Of a stretch of DNA of 34,645 bases, positions 17,808 to 25,862 are shown in pieces; the stretch's first letter is position 1, and each line of letters begins with the position of its first letter. The stretch covers positions 1 to 34,645 of IMG/VR virus record IMGVR_UViG_3300037519_000030; one strand, given 5' to 3'. Below the pieces are notes generated by a model. The model ran no database searches. It had not been told where the DNA came from and worked only from the letters and a program-made list of their open reading frames with translations. The stretch is from a virus (lineage: Duplodnaviria; Caudoviricetes). The position numbers were made by a program, and so were the translations under genes.

Positions 17808-18841
17808 ACAATTGAAACGCAGTTTACATAGTTAACACCTGCAAACTTATCGCCTGCCTCATAGATGTCAGTTGGCAATGCTGCGATGATACCAGTTGTA
17901 GTTAATACAATTGATAAGTTACCGCAATCATCCTTCATTGTCAAATCAACTGGCAAGCCAGCAGGAGTGAACAATAAAGTCTTAGAGTAGTTGCTTCCTG
18001 CAACTGGAGTGATGCCAGCGTTCCACTCAGCTAAGTTAAATGACAACCATTGGATTGCTCCTGCCGTTGTGATTAACGCTTTGTTTTGTGAACCTTGAGC
18101 AGCAGCTAAACGAGAATCGTAAGCAAAGCCAAAGCCGTTTTGCTGTGTGATTTCCAATAAGTTGATGCCGTATTGTGAGCAACATCCTGCTGCCATCGCA
18201 TTAGCGTAACGCTGCATTGCAGCACCACCGAAAGCAACTGGAGCAGATGGATAGTTAGCCATTCTTGTAGCTTGCTGAATGTCAGCGATAGCGAATGCGT
18301 TAGGCTCGTTGCTTCCTAACATTGTAGGTACTACTAAGCAGTCAGAAGATACAGTGTAGAAACCTTCAACATCTGTTCCCCAGTTACCGATTGCAGCAAC
18401 CGCTTGAACAGCAGCAGCAGAAGCCACCTTGCGGTCAAGTACATCCATCAATCTCATAATTGACTCCAATACATAACGGCTATTCTCTTGGCAATGGCGA
18501 GCGATGTCAGCAGCATTGATTAATTGAGAAGCAATGTAAGTATCAGTTGTATCAACTGTATAGGTTGTAGTTGTATCGCCGTAAGTGTTATCAGAAGTAC
18601 AAGTTAAGATGTTGCCACCTTCTTCAACTTCCGTCTCAGGCAAGCGTTGAATCCAACGAGCTTGAACAGTTTTAAGTTTGCCGTTGCCCGGTGCAACTTC
18701 TGTTTTAATTAACTTAACATTCTCAGGAGACAATAAGAACTCTAAGAAAGGTAGTTGCTCGCGTTGACCAACTTCGATAAATAATTCGCCTAATGACATT
18801 TGTACATTAGGGCACTCTGAAAGTATTCTTGAAATAGACAT
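17798..18841 (-). CDS. Putative major capsid protein
   Basis: 347 aa, follows a scaffold-like gene, has its own promoter and a strong terminator. Confidence 0.75.
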   Translation of the reverse strand: MSISRILSECPNVQMSLGELFIEVGQREQLPFLEFLLSPENVKLIKTEVAPGNGKLKTVQARWIQRLPETEVEEGGNILTCTSDNTYGDTTTTYTVDTTDTYIASQLINAADIARHCQENSRYVLESIMRLMDVLDRKVASAAAVQAVAAIGNWGTDVEGFYTVSSDCLVVPTMLGSNEPNAFAIADIQQATRMANYPSAPVAFGGAAMQRYANAMAAGCCSQYGINLLEITQQNGFGFAYDSRLAAAQGSQNKALITTAGAIQWLSFNLAEWNAGITPVAGSNYSKTLLFTPAGLPVDLTMKDDCGNLSIVLTTTGIIAALPTDIYEAGDKFAGVNYVNCVSIVNP

Positions 18842-18884
18842 GATATAGTCGTTTGTAGTTTTCAATTAGTGCATCGTATTCTAA

Positions 18885-18908
18885 AGGCTGATGCGATAAT
18901 GCCTACTT
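18885..18908 (-). promoter_or_regulatory. Leader motif copy 1, AAGTAGGCATTATCGCATCAGCCT
   Basis: 17/24 identical without gaps to 25814-25837 in the tail-tube leader. Confidence 0.5.
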
Positions 18909-18947
18909 GTTGCAGCTAAAGTCCTGCCGACTACACATAGAGAATGG

Positions 18948-18955
18948 CAAAGGTA
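18948..18955 (-). promoter_or_regulatory. -7 box TACCTTTG for the capsid gene
   Basis: Intergenic, directly after a terminator T-run. Confidence 0.6.
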
Positions 18956-18956
18956 T

Positions 18957-18989
18957 AAAAAAAGTGCTGAACATTTACGCCCAGCACTC
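18957..18989 (-). terminator. Intrinsic terminator after the scaffold gene
   Basis: GAGTGCTGGGCG-TAAA-TGTTCAGCACTT followed by a T-run; the G-U pairs work only on the minus strand. Confidence 0.75.
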
Positions 18990-19043
18990 AAAAATAAACT
19001 ATCAACCACGCATCACTATACGCAAGTTGATTTCAATAGTTAC

Positions 19044-19856
19044 TTACTTGGTGTAAAATCTTGGATTGATAGATTTTAATTTGTTATTCTGCTGCTCAAG
19101 TATTGGAGTAAATGGCGTTTGCTTTGGGAACTTTGCGCCTGCGTGCGGATTTTTTTGGATGATGCCTGCTTCGGTTGCTTCCTTCAATAGCACATCTGAG
19201 ACGCTTAAGAATGATCCTGCTTTTTCTTTCGACTTCAATCGCTCCCCCGTCTTTTTATCTTTCACAATGAATGCGCCATCTTCCTCAAGGTCGATTGCAT
19301 ACTTCTCAGTAACCGCAGACTTAAAGCCGCGAATAGTGTACTCGTTAACTGTTGGATCTAGCTTCAAATTCGCAAGCTCCTTCTCGAATGAATTGTTAAT
19401 CTTTGAAGTCTTGATGTCGGTTGCAACCTGAGTTTTATACTGCTCGAATTGGCTCATTACATCTTGCCTTGCAGAGTCAAGCTCATTGGTCTTGCGCTCA
19501 AGTGTCTTGTATTTCTTTTCCCACTCTTGGATGAGTGCTTCTGAGCCGTTGCCTGATGCTCGCTTCTCCCAATCTTCGCGCTGCTTTTCGTATTCGCTCT
19601 TAGCTTTTTCTGATGCGTTGCGGATTACCTCCTCAACTTTCTGACCTTTGAAATCTTCATCAGTTAGCACAATGCCGAACGGCTCAAATGCTTTGCGCGT
19701 AACATTTGCAATAGTGCCAGTGAGCTTGCCGATTTTACTGCTGAACTCCTCTTGCTTAATCCAATTTTCTTGGAACTTTTCTTTTGCCGCTTCGAGGTCT
19801 GTTGCCTCCTCTAGGTTCAGGAACTTGACTAGCTCCAGTGCTTCCTCTTGTTTCAT
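19044..19856 (-). CDS. Putative capsid scaffolding protein
   Basis: Glu/Lys-rich coiled coil directly upstream of the major capsid gene. Confidence 0.65.
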   Translation of the reverse strand: MKQEEALELVKFLNLEEATDLEAAKEKFQENWIKQEEFSSKIGKLTGTIANVTRKAFEPFGIVLTDEDFKGQKVEEVIRNASEKAKSEYEKQREDWEKRASGNGSEALIQEWEKKYKTLERKTNELDSARQDVMSQFEQYKTQVATDIKTSKINNSFEKELANLKLDPTVNEYTIRGFKSAVTEKYAIDLEEDGAFIVKDKKTGERLKSKEKAGSFLSVSDVLLKEATEAGIIQKNPHAGAKFPKQTPFTPILEQQNNKLKSINPRFYTK

Positions 19857-19971
19857 AATTTATTGGTATGGGTGTTAGTTTTAATTCTCTTGCGCCCCGT
19901 TTTACAAGCTCTTTGGCAAGCATATCTGTTGCTTGTTTAATACTGCCATCGCTTAATATATAATAGGTCAT
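19756..19971 (-). CDS. Hypothetical protein, probably leaderless; 3' half overlaps the scaffold gene
   Basis: ATG lies 4 nt after TACCTTTG. Confidence 0.55.
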   Translation of the reverse strand: MTYYILSDGSIKQATDMLAKELVKRGARELKLTPIPINYETRGSTGASQVPEPRGGNRPRSGKRKVPRKLD

Positions 19972-19975
19972 GCCA

Positions 19976-19983
19976 CAAAGGTA
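19976..19983 (-). promoter_or_regulatory. -7 box TACCTTTG for the scaffold operon
   Basis: Intergenic, divergent from the island promoter. Confidence 0.6.
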
Positions 19984-20013
19984 AAAAATATTTGAAAATA
20001 AAATACATAATTA

Positions 20014-20077
20014 TTTTGTTAATGTGTTGCGTAATTAAAATATAGTATTATATTTGCCCTATAATTATTCACTCAAA
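20014..20077 (+). promoter_or_regulatory. Island early promoter (GTTG-N19-TATATTTG), copy B of the 64-bp inverted repeat
   Basis: 58/64 identical to the reverse complement of 10250-10313. Confidence 0.8.
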
Positions 20078-20088
20078 AAATCGAAAAC

Positions 20089-20241
20089 ATGAACACAGCA
20101 ACAACTTACGCAAGAATAGAATTTAATGGATCAAAAACTTATATGGTTATTGATAGCGCAAACCAATGTAGATTTGCTACAACTTCTGAGAGAAAAGCAA
20201 AAAACTTTTTAGCCAAACTTTTAAAGCAAGCAGGATTTTAA
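20089..20241 (+). CDS. Hypothetical 50-aa protein (not in ORF track)
   Basis: MNTATTYARIEFNGSKTYMVIDSANQCRFATTSERKAKNFLAKLLKQAGF; first ATG after the promoter, and the next gene starts 2 nt after its stop. Confidence 0.75.
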   Translation: MNTATTYARIEFNGSKTYMVIDSANQCRFATTSERKAKNFLAKLLKQAGF

Positions 20242-20243
20242 CT

Positions 20244-20471
20244 ATGATACACCGCCTTAGAATTATTGACTGCACCCGATGTGAGGGTGCAGGCTTTGAG
20301 CTTGAGCATCCGATACATTGCTTTATAAATGATTGCGAGCTTACTACTATTTGCAGCGATTGCACAGATGATTGCAAAACAAAGCATACAACCGAATGCC
20401 GCCAGTGCGATGGCAGCGGCGAAGAGTACGAAGAAGCACCGAACCGATTTGATGACCCCGAAAGATTTTAA
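20244..20471 (+). CDS. Cys-rich Zn-finger protein with two DnaJ-type CxxCxGxG motifs
   Basis: CTRCEGAG and CRQCDGSG flank five more Cys residues. Confidence 0.7.
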   Translation: MIHRLRIIDCTRCEGAGFELEHPIHCFINDCELTTICSDCTDDCKTKHTTECRQCDGSGEEYEEAPNRFDDPERF

Positions 20472-20474
20472 ATT

Positions 20475-20789
20475 ATGAAAATAAAAATGCCCTTAAAGAA
20501 TATAACTATTGATGCAAGTTTAAATCAATTGCGAGATGGTGCAGAACTATATGTGAATAGCGATATACACGATTTGTTAATTCAAAATAGTAGACAAGAA
20601 GATATGGAGGAAACTATCTTTTATTTGTGGATTAATTGTGGTAAAGATATGGAAGGTTCAATTATGTTTGATGTTGAAATTGATGAGCTTGAAGAGTTTG
20701 CAAATGCGCTTTTAAAGAAAATTGAAATTGTTCGCAAGAATTATTCAGCGCAGATAAAATATCAAATTGATAGAGGTTGTAACGTATAA
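20475..20789 (+). CDS. Hypothetical acidic protein
   Basis: AT-rich; third tightly packed gene of the island. Confidence 0.7.
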   Translation: MKIKMPLKNITIDASLNQLRDGAELYVNSDIHDLLIQNSRQEDMEETIFYLWINCGKDMEGSIMFDVEIDELEEFANALLKKIEIVRKNYSAQIKYQIDRGCNV

Positions 20790-20825
20790 TTTAACTAAGT
20801 ATACCCCTCAGCCTCAGCTCTTGCC

Positions 20826-21776
20826 TTAAGCGGTAAGTGCCTCAGCTCCGCCTCTTGGTTTTGGTGGTGTTGTGTAGCCTTCTGCCTCTGCCCTTGCCTT
20901 AACACTTGCAGGCACTCGGTTAGATATCACTGGCACTAAGTAATGGCGGCAGTTCCAACCTCCAACAAATGTGAATATGCTGCGGCTATCAGTGCCATCG
21001 ATGCGCCCATCCCAAGTGCCGCCTCTTATGTCGTTAATGCCTGCGCTATTTTTACCATTGCCCCACGCTTCAATCTCTTTGCGGTGGAATATCTGCCCTT
21101 CGCGGTGCTCGCAGAAAGGTCTTGTTGTTGCAATCTCGCCGCCTAAGTATTGGAAGTATTCAATGCCTAACTCCTCGTTGACTGCCGCTGCATAGCTTCT
21201 ATCTGCAATCGCCTGAGCAGTTCCTGCCACTGTGCGCACGTTTGCAAGCAGGCGCCCATCGCTTGCTTCTGTTCCTTCAATAACTCCTTTTAATGCTGAT
21301 ACTGCTTGATTAAGCGGTGCTCTTGCTGCAACATTAGCAGTTAGTTGCTCTAAGAATGGCTGAGTAACATTCTGCTTTAAGCCCGAACCAAAGAAGGCAT
21401 CAATCGCATTTTGCTTTGAGATATTAAGTAGTTGCTTCTGCACATTGTTAGGCTGAAAGCTACTATCAATCTTCTTTGCAATATCGTCTGTTAGCTGTAC
21501 TCCTTCATCTATTGAGCCAAGAAACTTCTGCACCGCATCTTTATACTCGCCGCCTGCAAGCGACTTGTTCAGCTCATCGGTTATTAATCCAATTCGTCTA
21601 ATGTTATCTTCGGTCTGTGCGATATTTCCATCGGCATCAACATCCATCTCGGCGAGCATTGGTGCAATCTTTCGCCAAGCATCTTGCTGTGCCTTGATTG
21701 CTGCCGTAGCAATCTCCTCAGGCACATTCTCCAAGAGCTTGATTTTATCTTTAACGAGTTCCTCAAACGATGCCAT
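20826..21776 (-). CDS. Minor head protein, MuF/SPP1 gp7-like
   Basis: TRPFC and GGWNCRH motifs; follows the portal. Confidence 0.75.
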   Translation of the reverse strand: MASFEELVKDKIKLLENVPEEIATAAIKAQQDAWRKIAPMLAEMDVDADGNIAQTEDNIRRIGLITDELNKSLAGGEYKDAVQKFLGSIDEGVQLTDDIAKKIDSSFQPNNVQKQLLNISKQNAIDAFFGSGLKQNVTQPFLEQLTANVAARAPLNQAVSALKGVIEGTEASDGRLLANVRTVAGTAQAIADRSYAAAVNEELGIEYFQYLGGEIATTRPFCEHREGQIFHRKEIEAWGNGKNSAGINDIRGGTWDGRIDGTDSRSIFTFVGGWNCRHYLVPVISNRVPASVKARAEAEGYTTPPKPRGGAEALTA

Positions 21777-23622
21777 TCAATAATGTTTGTTGCGCCTGCG
21801 CGATTGGGTCAAGTTGTACTCTGATTTTTTCCGCTGCCTTCTCCTGCAATAGTCTAATTTTATCGCTCATCGGTAGGCTCAAGAATGATGGCTGCCCTTC
21901 GCTTGGAATGAAGTCTCTTATTAACTCCATAATAAGTTGAGGTGCGCTGTTATGCAATACATCTTGCCACTTCTCAACTGTGCCGCTTGCGAGCCTCGCT
22001 AAGACATCAGCGTTACTCATCAATAGCAATTCATCAGCGTTGATAATTAAGTCGTATATCGCGCTTGTCTCATCATCGGTATAGTGAATCGCTCTGATGT
22101 AATTGTACACATTGCTAAAGGTAATCGATGGCGGCACTCCTGCCTTAACTCCTTCGCTGATAACTGCAAGGTAATCGCTCGGAGTTGATATGTCGAATGA
22201 TGTTGGATAAACTAAGTTTACGCCACCAAACAAATCACCGTATCTCATCCTGCCGATTGTAACCAAGCAGAACTCGTAAATGGTAAATAGTTGGTCTGAG
22301 ATAGGCTTGATAAAAGCATATAAGCTGCGGAGCTTATTCAAGCTACCCGTTGCAGTTGATGCCTCGCCTATTGTTCCGCTCTCATCACTTGATGGTAGGT
22401 GCAATATGCGTCTTGACTTTGCCATCTGCTGCTCTATCTCAGTGCGCAAGAAGTTCAATGTTTCCATTGGAGGCGAAACAAACTTTAAGTATTCACCGCT
22501 TAATCCAGTGTCTCCTTCGCTGATTGAAGTCTTTGGCTTAATGAGTAGCATACCAGTTGGAGAGAATCTGCTTTTTACTCCGCTGCCTGAGCAACTGCCA
22601 CAAGTGCGATAGCCTCCGTTTATAGGGTCGAATATCTGCCCATCGTTACAACGATTGCCTTCCTTATCTGTGAACTCACAAATCTCGCCAAGTGCAACCA
22701 TAAAAGGAAATGCGCTTGTTGCTTTACTCATCTGCAAGTAGCTCTCATCGAGTATCACTTGGTCAAGCAATGGCACTGCTGTAATGAATGGAGATTGAAA
22801 AGCAATCTCATCATTAATTAGCTGAGGTGCGCCCATCAATTTGATGCAGGGCACATAACCTAAGTTATGCTGAAATACAACATAAGGCTCGCCGAATGTC
22901 ATATCAGATTTCTTGCCAGTCTGCTCAATGCGATAGATTGCCTCTTTGTCGTATAGCTCAAGTATAATTCCACTGCGCTCATTCTTGCTGCCTGCTTTAA
23001 CTACCGAGTAATCATCTGTAATAACTAAGTAGTAACTGCCGAACTCCTGCCCTACAATATTTTTACAATTGTAATACTCTGGCATCGGTCTTATCAGCTC
23101 ATTTGTAATAGTTCCTTCTTCGTCTGTATATATGTCCTCAGGGAATATCGCAATGATTCCGTTTGCATCCACGAGCTTTAATGTCGGAAGCATATTCTTA
23201 ATGAACATCTCTAATGAGCCGAACTTCTCAATCTCATTGTTAACGTATTGCTGGAAGGTCTCCTCACCGAAGCGAGGGTCTATCTCTCCGTTGTACTTAA
23301 TGCTCCAGTTTTGGTCAGCAAAAGCTCTTGAAATTGTTGCTCTGAAATCCTCGAATACACTCAGCGTTGTTGCTTTGTAATTCTCTTTAATATAGGTAGC
23401 TTGCGCATCGGTTTGATTAGGAGCGCGAACAGAAAGCAAGTGCTCAGGGTAAACATCGGAGCGGCTGTGCGGCAAGATGCTATCGTACATCTTCGCAGCA
23501 TAGTTGTAGCCACTCCAATACTCAGGATAACCCTTGCGCATTTTATTGTTAGCAGTATTGCTCTGCTCCCAAGTTTTGCGCTTAGCAATAAACCTATCGA
23601 CAATCTTCTGAACGTCTTCCAT
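21763..23622 (-). CDS. Putative portal protein
   Basis: 619 aa; HNLGYVPCIKL motif; upstream of the minor head, scaffold and capsid genes. Confidence 0.7.
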   Translation of the reverse strand: MEDVQKIVDRFIAKRKTWEQSNTANNKMRKGYPEYWSGYNYAAKMYDSILPHSRSDVYPEHLLSVRAPNQTDAQATYIKENYKATTLSVFEDFRATISRAFADQNWSIKYNGEIDPRFGEETFQQYVNNEIEKFGSLEMFIKNMLPTLKLVDANGIIAIFPEDIYTDEEGTITNELIRPMPEYYNCKNIVGQEFGSYYLVITDDYSVVKAGSKNERSGIILELYDKEAIYRIEQTGKKSDMTFGEPYVVFQHNLGYVPCIKLMGAPQLINDEIAFQSPFITAVPLLDQVILDESYLQMSKATSAFPFMVALGEICEFTDKEGNRCNDGQIFDPINGGYRTCGSCSGSGVKSRFSPTGMLLIKPKTSISEGDTGLSGEYLKFVSPPMETLNFLRTEIEQQMAKSRRILHLPSSDESGTIGEASTATGSLNKLRSLYAFIKPISDQLFTIYEFCLVTIGRMRYGDLFGGVNLVYPTSFDISTPSDYLAVISEGVKAGVPPSITFSNVYNYIRAIHYTDDETSAIYDLIINADELLLMSNADVLARLASGTVEKWQDVLHNSAPQLIMELIRDFIPSEGQPSFLSLPMSDKIRLLQEKAAEKIRVQLDPIAQAQQTLLNGIV

Positions 23623-23626
23623 TTTT

Positions 23627-23737
23627 TTACGCTGCTAATTTAATTGGATTTAAGGCAATGCCAGTTGTAGCTCCTGCCCAATTGCTGCCGCACTTCTTGC
23701 CGCCGCACATCTTAATTACTTTAGGTTTAGTTTTCAT
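23627..23737 (-). CDS. Hypothetical 36-aa basic peptide (not in ORF track)
   Basis: MKTKPKVIKMCGGKKCGSNWAGATTGIALNPIKLAA; ATGA-coupled and fills the gap to the portal. Confidence 0.6.
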   Translation of the reverse strand: MKTKPKVIKMCGGKKCGSNWAGATTGIALNPIKLAA

Positions 23738-24297
23738 TTATGTAGAATTGATATGCCTCTGCCTTCTGTGGTGTTCAGCGTTATATTTTTATATCCGAAG
23801 TGTGCTGCGTATTCAACGAGCATTCTCGGTCCTTCTAAGTGAATCGTATCGTGGTAAGCAATAACTCCGCCTCTTGATACAACTTTCTCAACTAACTTAA
23901 ACTCTTTAACAACGTGCTCCCAAGAATGGTCGCCATCAACAAAGATTAAATCAAAGTGATTTGTTGGCAGCTTGCTTAACTCATCAAGTGAATTTCCAAG
24001 TACAAAGTCAATCGCTTTGCCTTTAGAAGTCATCGCCGCCTTAGTCGCATTGGTGCGGTAGTCGTTAATGTCGATGCCTAAGTATTGACCGCCTTGCGGC
24101 AGTGCATTAATTAAGTGCTGAGTTGTCTCGCCCTCGAATACTCCAATCTCTAAGATGGTTCTATACTTCGCCATCTTAACCAGTGCCGCTAAGAATGCGC
24201 CGCACTCATCCTCACTATTCCAATCGTGGCGAGGTTGCTCGCTGAATGTTGCTGTTGTAACAACTTTCTTAGGTCTGCCTACTTTACCTTTTTCCAT
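23734..24297 (-). CDS. Class I SAM-dependent methyltransferase (Methyltransf_24-like)
   Basis: ILEIGVFEGET, FDLIFVDGDHS, GGVIAYHD. Confidence 0.88.
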   Translation of the reverse strand: MEKGKVGRPKKVVTTATFSEQPRHDWNSEDECGAFLAALVKMAKYRTILEIGVFEGETTQHLINALPQGGQYLGIDINDYRTNATKAAMTSKGKAIDFVLGNSLDELSKLPTNHFDLIFVDGDHSWEHVVKEFKLVEKVVSRGGVIAYHDTIHLEGPRMLVEYAAHFGYKNITLNTTEGRGISILHK

Positions 24298-25237
24298 CTG
24301 CAAATTTATTTTGAACAATTCTGTTAATGTAATATATATGTCTTCTGCCAATCGCTTGGTGGTCTGCCTTAAGCATCCTATCAAGCCAGTCAATGTAAAA
24401 GTTCGGTGTGAATCCGTTGCCGCCATAATAAGATTGCAAATAAAACTTTTCAGTAATCTCTTGGAATGTCAAGCCTCTTGTCATCGCAAAGTGAATCATA
24501 CCGCCCTCGCTTGTTTTAATTTTATCGTATGCCTTTAGCGCAGGGTCAACTCCAAGTATCGCCATTGCAATATTCATATACAATTCATCAGGCTGCGAGC
24601 CGCCCCACTTCATTCTTAAGTCCTTTAATGGTATTGGATTATCAAAGTATAACTCTTGCGCCTTGCTGTAAATCGCTGCCGCTTGTTCTCCTTTTACAAC
24701 CCATTGCATCGAGCTATTGATGGCAGGCATAACCGCATCGGCAGGAAGTTCATAGTGCGCCCAAATCTTATCAGCCCAAGCCCACTGCATAGCTTTGAAG
24801 TCGCGCCCCTTGTCGATGGTGTGATAGCCAACTGTATGGCTTATGTAATCTTTGCCCGATTGATTAAGCTCATCAATCATTGGCTGAATGTCTTTAAGCG
24901 CAATAGCATCTACATCAAGGTAGAGGTTGCGCTCGTATGGTAAGTAATCGTATAGCTTAACCTTTAGCTTTGCAGGGTCAAGTTTGTTGTTGGTGTAGAT
25001 GTCACCCTGCGCAATGTCACTAACATAGTCAATGCAATTGTGTAGCTCAGGGCATTGGCTGAACGCCTTGCCTCTGTCATCTACAATTAGCGCAATGTTT
25101 ATTGTAGGGTTAAACTTCTTAATGCTGAAAGCAAGGTTATAAGCAGCCCAATAATACTGCACCTTACCGAATGCAAGAAGCACCACTCCAGTTGTTGGAG
25201 TGATGCTCTGAATAGGATTAGTTGCTTCGCTGCTCAT
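24284..25237 (-). CDS. GT-A fold glycosyltransferase (GT8-like)
   Basis: AYNLAFSIK, KVKLYDYLPYERNLYLDVD (DxD), INSS, PDE. Confidence 0.75.
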   Translation of the reverse strand: MSSEATNPIQSITPTTGVVLLAFGKVQYYWAAYNLAFSIKKFNPTINIALIVDDRGKAFSQCPELHNCIDYVSDIAQGDIYTNNKLDPAKLKVKLYDYLPYERNLYLDVDAIALKDIQPMIDELNQSGKDYISHTVGYHTIDKGRDFKAMQWAWADKIWAHYELPADAVMPAINSSMQWVVKGEQAAAIYSKAQELYFDNPIPLKDLRMKWGGSQPDELYMNIAMAILGVDPALKAYDKIKTSEGGMIHFAMTRGLTFQEITEKFYLQSYYGGNGFTPNFYIDWLDRMLKADHQAIGRRHIYYINRIVQNKFADGKR

Positions 25238-25776
25238 TAGCTGAATACTCCCGCAGGAGCGTCATATTGTGCAGGAATGTTTTTATTTCTCCAAGAGAAA
25301 GTTACCTCATATCTCTGAAGCTCGTTGTTCTGCTCAGGTAAAATGAAGTTCGCTGAGGTAGTGATACCTACTGGAGCGGTAATGTAAATCACCTTTCCGC
25401 TGTCGCACATATACGCAAGAATCCAAGAGATTCTGCGGTTGTTGACATCGTTCCAAAATACACTGTTACCATCAGTAACATTCGCATCGTACAAAGTAGC
25501 TGTTCTATCTTCGTTGATTCTGATTGATGTGCCGCAGCCGATTGGTGAGTCCACTGTTATCGGTGAGCCAGCAGGAAGCGCAAAGCGAATATCGCTTATC
25601 ATCCTTGCTGTGCCTGCCGTAAGCAGTGCATCAACCTCAACTGCATCGGAAGGGTCAACAAGCTCAGTTCCACAAGAGCCAACTATGATGGCGGAAACTC
25701 CGCCGAGTTTATATTCGTTGCAGAGCACTAGGTCGTGCTCAAGCAGTGATGTGTCGCAATATGATACACAAGCCAT
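25237..25776 (-). CDS. Putative major tail tube protein
   Basis: 179 aa, beta-rich, KLGGVSAII motif, own promoter, and a leader motif shared with the capsid gene. Confidence 0.55.
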   Translation of the reverse strand: MACVSYCDTSLLEHDLVLCNEYKLGGVSAIIVGSCGTELVDPSDAVEVDALLTAGTARMISDIRFALPAGSPITVDSPIGCGTSIRINEDRTATLYDANVTDGNSVFWNDVNNRRISWILAYMCDSGKVIYITAPVGITTSANFILPEQNNELQRYEVTFSWRNKNIPAQYDAPAGVFS

Positions 25777-25813
25777 TTTAGAATAGTATTAGTAAATTGT
25801 TGCGCTGTTAGAT

Positions 25814-25837
25814 AGGTCGCTGCAATGACACCTACTT
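25814..25837 (-). promoter_or_regulatory. Leader motif copy 2, AAGTAGGTGTCATTGCAGCGACCT
   Basis: Matches the capsid leader motif with a compensatory stem change. Confidence 0.5.
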
Positions 25838-25854
25838 TATTCTCTATGGTGTTG

Positions 25855-25862
25855 CAAATATA
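25855..25862 (-). promoter_or_regulatory. -7 box TATATTTG for the tail-tube operon
   Basis: Begins immediately after the upstream stop codon. Confidence 0.6.

Noticed and set aside
18907-18917. Origin-type motif TTGTTGCAGCT in the capsid leader
   Set aside because: A single 11-mer; similar strings are common here because GCA ACA codon pairs are frequent.
18842-18947. Hammerhead ribozyme or tRNA in the capsid leader
   Set aside because: CTGATGC does not match the CUGANGA core, no paired GAAA was found, and there is no cloverleaf.
10250-20077. Invertase-controlled phase-variable segment
   Set aside because: No site-specific recombinase was recognised; the repeats are explained as promoter copies.
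20795-20902. DGR template/variable repeat pair
   Set aside because: Too short, not all differences involve adenine, all are synonymous, and there is no reverse transcriptase.
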